Part shown: piece after piece, positions 39,986-49,333 of the stretch | Numbering within the stretch: position 1 is the stretch's first letter | How the letters are laid out: each line of letters opens with the position of its first letter | Origin: an uncultured Alloscardovia sp. | Lineage (GTDB): Bacteria; Actinomycetota; Actinomycetes; Actinomycetales; Bifidobacteriaceae | DNA: 64,000 bases | Reading direction: 5' to 3' | Assembly: GCA_963545565.1 (NCBI GenBank) | Contig: CAUUJV010000009.1 | Span: 1,593 to 65,592 of the forward strand | Notes under the pieces: model-generated | Databases searched by the model: none | What the model was told of the DNA's origin: nothing | The model's input: the letters and a program-made list of their open reading frames with translations, nothing else | Made by a program: the position numbers and the translations under genes

Positions 39986-41611
39986 TTAAATATCGTAGCG
40001 CCATGAGCGATCAGTGAAAACACGGGCAAGCGCCAGTCCTATCGGCAAGCAAACGATTACCATTACGGCTCGGAAAGTCCAATCCAACGCCAGGCTCGTG
40101 TGAAAATCACCAAGATAATACACAGCTCGATACATATAAAGTCCTGGAACCATAATCACAATAGACGGCACTGTTAAGCCGATTCGTGGATAGCCAAGAG
40201 TTCTATCGATAAGTCCCTTACGAACGGACATACGCCAAGCCGTTGCAAGCAGTCCGGCAGCGAGAGCAGCAAGCAGAGCCGCGAGTTCGATACTCATGCC
40301 ACCATAATCTATGACTTCTAATCGCGCCGTGTTGGCAATAGCTCCAATAGACGCAGCAATAACGGCCATTTTTTGTGGGGAATTAAATAGCACTGAGAAG
40401 CCCCACACACCTCCGAACGAAGCAGCTAAACGCAAAAGTAACTGCAGCCATACGCTGATATCTGGGTTATTAAAACCTGAAGGACGCAGGCGCACAATAT
40501 CCACCACAATCCATGCGCATAACGCAGCCACGAGGATAATCGAAAGCGCGTAAACAAGCCGTTCAATGCCCGACTTCAAATCCAACTTTGCAATATCCAA
40601 TCCGCCCGTGATGAGCGGGAAACCCGGAATAACAAAGAGAATTGCCCCAATATAGGCAGTGTCATGTGAGAGCGCGGAAGGATCAACAATAGCCGAAAGT
40701 CGCAGCACCCCAAGAGTGGCAAAAGCAGCAATCACAACGCTTACAGCAGTCACAAAGAATTGGTTAAGATGACGTCCGCTCATACGACTGCGTACGTACT
40801 GCCCAATCCCTGCACCCACGAAGGCACCGAGAATGTCATACCCCCAACCACCAAGTAAAAAAACGAAGCACGCACACGCAACGGCAGAAGCAAAGCCCTT
40901 CTTAATCGCGCTATAAAGCCCTGCCTTATATTCAATAGCTTCTAAGCGCTCGTGAGCTGCACGTACAGACAATGATGCGCATACGTCTGTACTATTTGCC
41001 TCGTTTACGCTGTTCGCATTGTTTGCAGTACTCACACTATTTGCAGTGCTCACATCGTGGTCATCTTCATGAATATTTTTAATAGAAGTTTCAGACCGGC
41101 GCGAGTTTTCGAGGTGAGAGATGAAATTAGCAGATGAATCTGTGTCAACATGGTATGTTCCAGGCTTTCCCAGACTCACACACAGCCAGTCTGTGTAATG
41201 TTCCATAAGCCAGATGCGTTCTGTATTGACGCCAACAGTTGGTAGATCAACGATCTCAGTAATGCGCTGCTTACCGTCAGAAAAAGATGCGTCAATACTC
41301 GTTAAGCTAATATCTGCACGAACGTTAATCCCCAACGCTTCTGCAATGCGGCTCATCATTTCTTTGACGCGAAAGCTACCCGTTCCGCCGCCTAAATCGA
41401 GCAGGCCAGCACGCATAATAACGCTTGCCTTAGCAGCCAATGATGCTTCTAATAACGGGGTATCCAGCTCAGCTTTTATATCTGCCATGTCCAATGGAAT
41501 GGAATGACTGTGAAATCTGCGTTCATATGTAACTTTGCGCTCAGCCAAACGCTTTCTGCTGTAATTCTGAATCCAACTCACAGTAGCCATTGTTCCCATA
41601 TATGCAGACAC
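39986..41611 (-). CDS. ThrE-family threonine/serine exporter (fused DUF1212 + DUF3815 halves)
   Basis: 541-aa polytopic protein with a soluble N-terminal region. Its architecture is that of the fused ThrE family. Confidence 0.7.
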   Translation of the reverse strand: MSAYMGTMATVSWIQNYSRKRLAERKVTYERRFHSHSIPLDMADIKAELDTPLLEASLAAKASVIMRAGLLDLGGGTGSFRVKEMMSRIAEALGINVRADISLTSIDASFSDGKQRITEIVDLPTVGVNTERIWLMEHYTDWLCVSLGKPGTYHVDTDSSANFISHLENSRRSETSIKNIHEDDHDVSTANSVSTANNANSVNEANSTDVCASLSVRAAHERLEAIEYKAGLYSAIKKGFASAVACACFVFLLGGWGYDILGAFVGAGIGQYVRSRMSGRHLNQFFVTAVSVVIAAFATLGVLRLSAIVDPSALSHDTAYIGAILFVIPGFPLITGGLDIAKLDLKSGIERLVYALSIILVAALCAWIVVDIVRLRPSGFNNPDISVWLQLLLRLAASFGGVWGFSVLFNSPQKMAVIAASIGAIANTARLEVIDYGGMSIELAALLAALAAGLLATAWRMSVRKGLIDRTLGYPRIGLTVPSIVIMVPGLYMYRAVYYLGDFHTSLALDWTFRAVMVIVCLPIGLALARVFTDRSWRYDI

Positions 41612-41881
41612 TAAATGTGCTTACTAGACCTACTAGGAACTGAAAATATCAGATAAAAAGCCGACGCCCATAAAGTAATTTCCGGAACTTCTCAGAAAAA
41701 TTTGTCCACTTTTTAACTAGTTATTCCACAATTTGAAATATAGAAACCTATAATGGTGAGGATTGACTGTCGCTCACGAGGCTTTGGGCTTGGGACGGCT
41801 GGTTTACAAAACTTCGGAGGAGCCGAAGAAGATCAGTTGACAAGCAACCTTTAGGGGCGGTTGAGGAGGTCGTATAAATAA

Positions 41882-44626
41882 ATGTCACAATCTAAAATCC
41901 AAGAAGATTCAAATCTTCGCGCTCTCACAGCAGAACACTTAGCAGAAGAGCAAAACTTTCCTACATCGTTGAACGACGATATGGAATTATGCTTAAGCAT
42001 TCTGCGCGATGTGATTGCTGAGTATGATCCTAATTTGCTTACTAAATTCGATGCTCTCCGTGACGATGCAATTATTGCTGGAGATGCTCATTGGTCAAAA
42101 AGCGAAGATAAGAAGACAGTTTCAGCAGAAGGCCTTGAAGCAGCAGTTTCCGTTATCGACGAAAGCTCTGTTGAAGAAAACACCATGTTGGCGCGTGCTT
42201 TCACCACATACTTCCATCTGGCAAACCTGTGCGAAGAAGCTTACCGCGTTTCTGCTCTGCAAAAGCGCGCAGAAGATGTGGACACCAACTCCCCTATCGA
42301 CCCGACCAACGAGTTGACTATTGCATACAAACAGCTCATTGATGAGGTTGGACTCGCAGGCGCACAAGAGCTCCTCGAAAAGCTTGAGTTCCATCCTGTT
42401 TTCACAGCACACCCAACTGAAGCACGCCGAAAAGCAGTTGAAGGCAAAATCCGCCGAATTTCAGCTCTACTCGCAGCTCGCAAATTCACTAAAGGATCTG
42501 CCCGCGCAGAAACAGACCGCAATCTCTACAACGAAATTGACGCGCTTTTCCGTACTTCTCCAATCGCAGTGAAAAAGCCGACGCCTGTTGAAGAAGCAGA
42601 CACGATTATCGACATTTTCGATAACACTATTTTCAATATCATTCCTCAGGTTTACCGCCGCTTCGATAACTGGGCGCTTGGTAAGAAGTCTGGCACAGTT
42701 CCACCTGTTTGCCCAGCATTCTTCCACCCAGGAAGTTGGATTGGTTCAGACCGTGATGGCAATCCGAACGTCACTGCAAAAGTAAGCCGCAAGGTTGCTC
42801 GCAAGTTCTATGACCATATGGTTAAAACTCTTGAAGAAGCAACTCGCACAGTGGGTCGCAACCTTACTCTTGGTTCGAGCACAACTCCTCCAAATGAAGA
42901 ATTGCGTGCTCTGTGGAATCGTCAGTGCGAAATGAGCGAGCGCCTAACCGGCCACGCAAGCGTTATTTCTACTCAAGAACCACACCGCGCAGCCATGATC
43001 GTGATGGCTGATCGTCTTCATGCAACAATCGCTCGTGATGTTGACTTGATGTATGCAAGTTCTGATGAGTTCCTTGCAGATTTGAGAATTGTCCAGAAGT
43101 CTTTGGCAGATGCGGGCGCCGTTCGCAGCGCTTACGGCCCTCTGCAGACTCTTATCTGGCAGGTTGAAACCTTCGGATTCCACATGGTGGAAATGGAGTT
43201 CCGTCAGCATTCTCTCGTTCATGCACGCGCACTTGAAGATATTCGTGAGCACGGTTTGCACGGTGAACGCGGTGAGCTTGCCCCTATGACTCAGGAAGTT
43301 TTGAACACATTCCGTGCCCTCGGCGCAATCCAGCGTCGCAATGGGCGCAAGGCTGCCGGGCGTTATCTCATCTCCTTCAGCAAGTCTGCACAGCACGTGC
43401 GCGACGTGTATGAGTTGAATCGCCTAGCATTTGCAGATCCAAAGGATGCACCAGAGCTCAACGTTATCCCCCTGTTTGAGCAATTGGAAGATCTTGAGAA
43501 TTCTGCTGATGTTCTTGAAGACATTATCAAGATTCCAGAGATGCAGGATTATTTGAAGAAGCACAATAACCGCATGGAAGTTATGCTCGGTTACTCTGAC
43601 TCTTCTAAAGATGCTGGCCCAACTTCTGCAACATTGGCGCTTCACCGTGCACAGGAACGCATTGCTAAGTGGGCAGAATCTCACAATATTGATGTGACTC
43701 TGTTCCATGGCCGTGGCGGCGCTGTAGGTCGAGGTGGCGGCCCTGCAAACCGTGCGGTTTTGGCTCAGCCTGTAGGCTCTGTGAATTGCCGATTCAAGCT
43801 TACCGAACAAGGCGAAGTTATCTTTGCTCGTTACGGCAATCCAATTTTGGCAACTCGCCATGTGGAATCCGTAGCAGCAGCAACGCTTCTGCAGTCAGCT
43901 CCAAGTATTGAAAAGATCAATACTGAGATGACTAAGAAGTATGACGCTATGACAGCAAAGCTTGACGAGTCTTCTCATAATCGATTCCTTGATTTGCTTC
44001 ATACCGATGACTTTGCTCAATGGTTCTCTATCGTGACCCCATTGACCGAGGTTGGTTTGCTGCCAATCGGCTCTCGCCCTGCAAAACGTGGTCTCGGCGC
44101 TAAGTCTCTTGACGATTTGCGCACGATTCCTTGGGTTTTCAGCTGGGCACAGGCTCGCATTAATCTTGCAGCATGGTATGGCTTGGGAACAGCTTGCGAG
44201 GAGTTCAATGACCTTGAAACTCTGCGAGCTGCATACAAAGAATGGTCGCTATTTACCACCTTTATCGATAACGTTGAGATGTCCATTGCAAAAACAGACG
44301 AGCGTATTGCACGCATGTATCTGGATTTGGGAGACCGCAATGATCTCGCCGAAAAAGTGCTCAATGAGATGAAACTCACCCGCAAGTGGGTTTTGAAGAT
44401 CGTGGGCGATGATTGGCCACTAGAGCATCGCCATGTGCTAGGCCAGGCAATACGCCTACGCTCCCCATACGTAGACGCCCTCTCCCTCGGACAGGTGCGC
44501 GCACTGCGCTCCTTGCGTAAGAAGGCAGACAACGAAGAACTCAGCCAAACACAGACGAGTGATTACATCTACTTCATTCTGTGCACCGTGAGTGGTGTGG
44601 CTGCTGGTCTTCAGAACACTGGCTAA
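41882..44626 (+). CDS. ppc: Phosphoenolpyruvate carboxylase
   Basis: VFTAHPTEARRK, GYSDSSKDAG and C-terminal ...LQNTG motifs; 914 aa. Confidence 0.97.
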   Translation: MSQSKIQEDSNLRALTAEHLAEEQNFPTSLNDDMELCLSILRDVIAEYDPNLLTKFDALRDDAIIAGDAHWSKSEDKKTVSAEGLEAAVSVIDESSVEENTMLARAFTTYFHLANLCEEAYRVSALQKRAEDVDTNSPIDPTNELTIAYKQLIDEVGLAGAQELLEKLEFHPVFTAHPTEARRKAVEGKIRRISALLAARKFTKGSARAETDRNLYNEIDALFRTSPIAVKKPTPVEEADTIIDIFDNTIFNIIPQVYRRFDNWALGKKSGTVPPVCPAFFHPGSWIGSDRDGNPNVTAKVSRKVARKFYDHMVKTLEEATRTVGRNLTLGSSTTPPNEELRALWNRQCEMSERLTGHASVISTQEPHRAAMIVMADRLHATIARDVDLMYASSDEFLADLRIVQKSLADAGAVRSAYGPLQTLIWQVETFGFHMVEMEFRQHSLVHARALEDIREHGLHGERGELAPMTQEVLNTFRALGAIQRRNGRKAAGRYLISFSKSAQHVRDVYELNRLAFADPKDAPELNVIPLFEQLEDLENSADVLEDIIKIPEMQDYLKKHNNRMEVMLGYSDSSKDAGPTSATLALHRAQERIAKWAESHNIDVTLFHGRGGAVGRGGGPANRAVLAQPVGSVNCRFKLTEQGEVIFARYGNPILATRHVESVAAATLLQSAPSIEKINTEMTKKYDAMTAKLDESSHNRFLDLLHTDDFAQWFSIVTPLTEVGLLPIGSRPAKRGLGAKSLDDLRTIPWVFSWAQARINLAAWYGLGTACEEFNDLETLRAAYKEWSLFTTFIDNVEMSIAKTDERIARMYLDLGDRNDLAEKVLNEMKLTRKWVLKIVGDDWPLEHRHVLGQAIRLRSPYVDALSLGQVRALRSLRKKADNEELSQTQTSDYIYFILCTVSGVAAGLQNTG

Positions 44627-44690
44627 TCGTTAATCTACTGGTTTAGCTAGCTACGTTAGTTTCAGTAGCTAATGTAGCTAGCAAATCTTC

Positions 44691-44720
44691 AGCAAAGCCT
44701 CATTTAGCAAAGCCTCATTT
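44691..44720. repeat. Perfect 15-bp tandem duplication (AGCAAAGCCTCATTT x2). Its core is repeated in inverted orientation at 44780-44790.
   Basis: Read directly from the sequence. AAAGCCTCATT (44709-44719) is complementary to AATGAGGCTTT (44780-44790). Confidence 0.85.
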
Positions 44721-44802
44721 TGTGATTTTCTTGTTGAATCCAAGTTTCTTAGAAGCAAGGATTCTTCAGTTTTTCGCAGAATGAGGCTTTCGCATATTTG
44801 AA

Positions 44803-44834
44803 TTTGTGCAAAAGCAAGTTTGTGCAAAAGCAAA
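44803..44834. repeat. 16-bp tandem duplication (TTTGTGCAAAAGCAAG / TTTGTGCAAAAGCAAA)
   Basis: Read directly from the sequence; 15 of 16 positions are identical. Confidence 0.85.
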
Positions 44835-45063
44835 AACATAAATATAAGCATATGTAGTTTTTCAATCGTGCTTTCTCGATCAATCTGTTCACTCATTCGA
44901 ACAATACGTTCGAGAAAACGGTAATAAGAAAAAAACACTCTCCTCCCTTTAATCTGTCCTATAATCCCAATAAGGACTGCTCTTAAAAATCACAAGCAAC
45001 GATTATGAATGATTATGAGCAACAAATCAGACACAACACAACGCAGAACAGGTAGTACAAGCA

Positions 45064-45714
45064 ATGAAGGTAGAAAAAGAAAATCAAGCAAATGCTATTT
45101 GGACGCGTATGTTGTCTGGCAATAAACGCTTTGCCCGCGGCGAAGCTGAGCACCCTTGGCAAGATTCCACTACTCGTCTTGATCTAATTGAAAGTCAAAA
45201 ACCAGATGCCGCTGTGCTTGCATGCTCAGATTCACGAGTTCCTGTTGAAATTATTTTTGATGAAGGCTTAGGCGATATTTTCACAGTTCGCAGTGCGGGA
45301 GCGATGCTTGATCAATCTACTATTGAATCAGTAGAATACGCTGTTGAGACTTTGGACGTAGATGTGCTCGTTGTGATGACTCATCAGCATTGTGGCGCAC
45401 TTACCGCTGCACGAAAAGCCTACGAAGCTCATGATGAAGCTCCCACATATATTCCGTTCACGATTAAGCAAGGAATGCAAACCGTTGAAGCAGCAGATGA
45501 CGGTGGAATTTTTGATGACCTCACCGAAGCCTCCACAGCCGAGGAAATTGAGCAAACTCAGGATGACGTTGAGCGTATCCATATTTCTATGCTGATTGAA
45601 CGCTTAGTTAACGAATCGAATATCGTTCGCAAGCACTTAGCTGACGAAACTCTTAAAATCGTGGGTGCACGCTACGTAATGAACACTGGGCTCGTGGAAG
45701 TTTTGAGTTTCTAA
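45064..45714 (+). CDS. Beta-class carbonic anhydrase
   Basis: Zinc ligand motifs CSDSRV and HQHCGA. Confidence 0.9.
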   Translation: MKVEKENQANAIWTRMLSGNKRFARGEAEHPWQDSTTRLDLIESQKPDAAVLACSDSRVPVEIIFDEGLGDIFTVRSAGAMLDQSTIESVEYAVETLDVDVLVVMTHQHCGALTAARKAYEAHDEAPTYIPFTIKQGMQTVEAADDGGIFDDLTEASTAEEIEQTQDDVERIHISMLIERLVNESNIVRKHLADETLKIVGARYVMNTGLVEVLSF

Positions 45715-45716
45715 AA

Positions 45717-47021
45717 ATGTCAACTCTATGGCTTGATATTGCACTTATCATTATCTTTATGGTTCTTGGAGGAGTTTTCTCCTGCACGGAACTCGCTCTG
45801 GTTTCATTGCGAACATCGCAGATTGAGCAAATGGAGCAGGAAGACGAGCGCGGGGCACGTGTAGCCAAGGTTGCAAGAGATCCAAACCGCTTTCTTTCTG
45901 CAGTGCAAATTGGTGTTACGCTTTCCGGATTCCTATCCGCATCATTTGGCGCGAGCGCAATTGCACCGTATATCGTGCCTATTCTCCGGGATTGGGGAGT
46001 TCCCAGCGGTCTTGCAAGCGGGCTGACCACCGTAATTCTTACTATCGTTATTTCATATTTCTCGATTGTGGTTTCCGAGCTTGTTCCTAAACGCATTGCA
46101 CTACAGCAGTCTGAATCGATTGCGCGAGCGGCTGTTCCGGCAGTAGATGCTTTTGCGAATATTTGTGCTCCTCTTATTTGGCTTATTGGCAAGAACACTA
46201 ATGGCCTTGTGCGCCTTATGGGATTTGATCCTAATGAGGTTGATAGCGAGGTGAGCGACGAAGAGCTGCGCCTCCTTGTATCTTCTAACACTAGGTTGAG
46301 TAAGGATGAGCGCGTTATTTTGGATGATGTTTTCTCATCGTCCGAAACCATAGTGGCAGAAGTGATGCGCCCTCGTGCTGACGTTGTTTTTCTTGACGGA
46401 AATATGTCTTTGAGCGATGCGGCAGATTTTGTGCACGATCAACCATACTCGCGATTCCCCGTTATTGGCAAAGATTTCGATGAGATTTTAGGGTTTGTAC
46501 ATGTGCGCGATTTGCTTGATGTGCGTGACGAAAATGCCACAACCGTAAAAGATGTGACCCGCGAGGGTATTAGTTTGCCTGGCACATCCAAAATTCTCAC
46601 TAGCATGAGTTTGCTGCGCCAACGAGGAATCCATCTGGCAATCGTTATTGACGAATACGGCGGCACTGATGGCATCGTTACCTTGGAAGACATGACCGAG
46701 GAGTTGGTTGGCGATATTCGTGATGAATATGATTTGCCTGAGCAAGATGATTCTAACCACGAGAATGCATTCATCAACGGCGTGATGACTGTTGATGGAG
46801 GCATGACCATCGAAGACTTTAGCGAAGCGTCTGGCATTGAGCTTGAAGACGGCCCATACGAAACAGTTGCAGGCTATATGCAGTCGAAAACCGGTGAACT
46901 TGGCTCCGTAGGAACAACCTACCATTCAGACGATGGTTATGACATGGTTGTTACAGAAGTAGACGGACGCCGTATCCAAACTCTTGAAGTACGTCATAAC
47001 GTGGAACAAAAATCTACATAA
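45717..47021 (+). CDS. CNNM/HlyC-CorC-family membrane protein (DUF21 TM domain, CBS pair, CorC_HlyC domain)
   Basis: N-terminal four-TM DUF21 domain, a CBS pair (VMRPRADVVFLD...) and a C-terminal transporter-associated domain. Confidence 0.85.
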   Translation: MSTLWLDIALIIIFMVLGGVFSCTELALVSLRTSQIEQMEQEDERGARVAKVARDPNRFLSAVQIGVTLSGFLSASFGASAIAPYIVPILRDWGVPSGLASGLTTVILTIVISYFSIVVSELVPKRIALQQSESIARAAVPAVDAFANICAPLIWLIGKNTNGLVRLMGFDPNEVDSEVSDEELRLLVSSNTRLSKDERVILDDVFSSSETIVAEVMRPRADVVFLDGNMSLSDAADFVHDQPYSRFPVIGKDFDEILGFVHVRDLLDVRDENATTVKDVTREGISLPGTSKILTSMSLLRQRGIHLAIVIDEYGGTDGIVTLEDMTEELVGDIRDEYDLPEQDDSNHENAFINGVMTVDGGMTIEDFSEASGIELEDGPYETVAGYMQSKTGELGSVGTTYHSDDGYDMVVTEVDGRRIQTLEVRHNVEQKST

Positions 47022-47142
47022 ATTTACATAAGACTACATAAATCTATATAAAAATTCCCAGAATATTCTGTAAATGTACAATGCGTCACAGTAGCTAATT
47101 TTGTAGCAAAAATCAGTGTAAATCACGCTCATCAGAGGTAGT

Positions 47143-47170
47143 ATTAGAGCTAATCAATTAGAGCTAATCA
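47143..47170. repeat. Perfect 14-bp tandem duplication (ATTAGAGCTAATCA x2), 28 nt upstream of the dps start
   Basis: Read directly from the sequence. Confidence 0.85.
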
Positions 47171-47198
47171 AAATAGGCTACAGATGAAGGAGCATGCA

Positions 47199-47678
47199 AT
47201 GTCTCTGCCATATACAGTTCCAGGACTCAGTGAAGAAGCTGCCGAGAAGGCCATCGCAATTTTGCAAAGTCGCTTGAATCAGGAGCAAGAGGCCGCATTA
47301 GTCTTGAAAACTGCTCATTGGAACGTCAATGGACCAAACTTCATTGCTGTTCATGAAATGCTTGATCCAGAGGTTGAGTCTGTGCTCAATCAGGCAGACG
47401 AAACTGCAGAGCGCATTGTGCAGCTCGGCGGCTCTGCTAACGGTACAGCAGATGCAATAGTTCGCAACCGCACTTGGGCTGACTTTGAATTCAAAGGACA
47501 AGCAAATACCAAGGATTACATCACTGCACTCGTTAACTACTATGACGTTTTCATTGCAGACGATCGTAAGGCCATCGCCGAACTCGACGAGCTTGACGTG
47601 ATCAGCTCCAACATCATTCAAGATCATGTTCAAGATCTCGAAAAATTCCAGTGGTTCCTACGCGCACATCTTGCATAA
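47199..47678 (+). CDS. dps: Dps (DNA-protection-during-starvation ferritin-like protein)
   Basis: HWNVNGPNFIAVHEMLD ferroxidase motif. The start is at MSLPYT, preceded by GAAGGAG. The tracked ORF begins at 47184. Confidence 0.92.
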   Translation: MSLPYTVPGLSEEAAEKAIAILQSRLNQEQEAALVLKTAHWNVNGPNFIAVHEMLDPEVESVLNQADETAERIVQLGGSANGTADAIVRNRTWADFEFKGQANTKDYITALVNYYDVFIADDRKAIAELDELDVISSNIIQDHVQDLEKFQWFLRAHLA

Positions 47679-47756
47679 ATTTTTGCGTAAACTTTCAAAA
47701 CTTGCATAAGTACGTAAGTAAGCCATCGCAGATTTACGCAGACTATACAAATAAAG

Positions 47757-47795
47757 GCGCCTTACTCTAGATTATTCCCAGAGTAAGGCGCTTTT
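47757..47795 (+). terminator. Intrinsic terminator of dps
   Basis: GCGCCTTACTCT-11 nt-AGAGTAAGGCGC followed by TTTT. Confidence 0.8.
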
Positions 47796-47871
47796 ATTAT
47801 TCAATGTTGTTCCTATTACCGTTTTTGCTCTAGACTAAACAATCTAAAACAAATTAGACAATCTGAATAAA

Positions 47872-49197
47872 CTAAACAGAGAGCAAATCAATATCCGTAT
47901 CAATCGTTGTTTCACGAGTAAATAATGTTTTCCCTTCGCGAACAGAGCGAAGTACTGCACACCTTTGATAAACAGCATCAAATTCATCTGCCGCATCAAG
48001 GACGATAAAATTCGCCGGCTTACCCACCTCAATGCCGTACGAATCGCGCAGATTCATAGCAGTGGCACCGTTGATAGTTAAAAGTTTGAGTGCGTTGTTA
48101 ATTTCAGGTAATGACATCATCTGAGCCACATGCAATGCATAATCCAAGATGATCATCATATTGCCGTTACCCAAGGGGTACCACGGGTCTTGCATGGAAT
48201 CTTGGCCAAGAGAAACATTGATGCCCGCATCGGTAAGTTCTTTTATTCGAGTAATACCACGGCGCTTTGGGTATGTGTCTTGACGTCCTTGAAGGTATAA
48301 GTTCTCAGTAGGCGCAACCGCAAAATTAATCCGCGCAGCTTGCAATAGATTTGTTAGGTGGAAGAAATAACTATTGTCGGCAGATCCAAGAGAACATGTG
48401 TGGCTTGCCGTAGTCATTGAGCCTATTCCTTCTTTATATGCGAGTGCTGCAAGCGTTTCTAGATGACGTGAATTAGGGTCGTCAGTCTCATCGCAGTGAA
48501 CATCAATGAGTTTGCCATATTTAGCAGCTAAATCAACCACAGTATGCATTGATTTTTCACCAAACTCGTAGCACTGCTCATAGTGGGGAATACCGCCGAC
48601 GCAATCTGCCCCCATGCGCAATCCTTCTTCAACAAGATCAGCACCGCCAACAAATGAGTACATTCCTTCTTGCGGAAATGACACAATCTGTACAGTGACA
48701 ATATTTTTCAGCTCTTCCTTCAACTCCAAAAGAGCTCGTAGTGACGTAAATTTGAGGTCGCACACGTCGGCATGCGTGCGAATAAATTGCACACCGTTAC
48801 GCATTTCCATCCCAATAGCTTTACGAGCGCGCTGCTTGACCTCATTAACTGTAAGATCAGCCTTAGTTTCACTCCAACGAGATATTCCTTCAAACAATGT
48901 TCCCGTTTCGTTAGTAGCACCAGGCTTACGAGAGGTAAACACATAGTCAAGATGAAGATGCGTGTCACAAAATGGCGCACTAACCAATTTTCCAGCTAAA
49001 TCAACTATTTCAATTGTTTTCGCTAAACCTGTAGAATTCTTCGCTGCTTCTTGTCTTATAGTGGCAGCGCGCTCACCTATCTCGGTAAACTTCCCATTCT
49101 CTACAACAATATCTTGAAGATTCGTAGCGCCGACTAATCGTGCATTAGCAAAAATCACTGTTTTATCAGTTGTTCTATTAGTTATCTCGTTAGTCAT
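47872..49197 (-). CDS. codA: Cytosine deaminase (amidohydrolase superfamily, CodA-type)
   Basis: Collinear similarity to E. coli CodA as I recall it: HLHLD, SGTLFEGI.RW, QIVSFPQEG, IDVHCDETDD, TYPKRRGITR and DPWYPLG blocks. Confidence 0.9.
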   Translation of the reverse strand: MTNEITNRTTDKTVIFANARLVGATNLQDIVVENGKFTEIGERAATIRQEAAKNSTGLAKTIEIVDLAGKLVSAPFCDTHLHLDYVFTSRKPGATNETGTLFEGISRWSETKADLTVNEVKQRARKAIGMEMRNGVQFIRTHADVCDLKFTSLRALLELKEELKNIVTVQIVSFPQEGMYSFVGGADLVEEGLRMGADCVGGIPHYEQCYEFGEKSMHTVVDLAAKYGKLIDVHCDETDDPNSRHLETLAALAYKEGIGSMTTASHTCSLGSADNSYFFHLTNLLQAARINFAVAPTENLYLQGRQDTYPKRRGITRIKELTDAGINVSLGQDSMQDPWYPLGNGNMMIILDYALHVAQMMSLPEINNALKLLTINGATAMNLRDSYGIEVGKPANFIVLDAADEFDAVYQRCAVLRSVREGKTLFTRETTIDTDIDLLSV

Positions 49198-49333
49198 ATG
49201 AGCCTCCCTTGTACATTACATACGCGTTACAAATCAGAAAGTCGTTTACAAAAACCGTGCTGCTCTGTAATGAGATGACCTTATTCTCAAAGCATTCAAT
49301 TTCGATTGGATAAACAACATCATTCGTCAGTTA

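Noticed and set aside
41612-41881. Possible riboswitch or structured leader upstream of ppc. A TATAAT lies at 41749-41754, followed by a ~125-nt leader with hairpins GTGAG...CTCAC and CTTCGG-aggag-CCGAAG.
   Set aside because: I could not match it to any riboswitch class I know, the -35 element is poor, and the hairpins are short. It is worth a covariance-model scan but is not supported enough to report as a feature.
44678-44938. 86-aa minus-strand ORF in the ppc-CA spacer.
   Set aside because: It has no SD, and its reading frame is built from the tandem and inverted repeats, giving a repetitive product (..NEALLNEALLKIC). It is more likely non-coding repeat DNA.
45653-46351. 232-aa ORF on the minus strand.
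   Set aside because: It is entirely antisense to the well-supported CNNM/CorC-family gene. The product is low-complexity and S/R/T-rich, and there is no SD. This is a typical shadow ORF.
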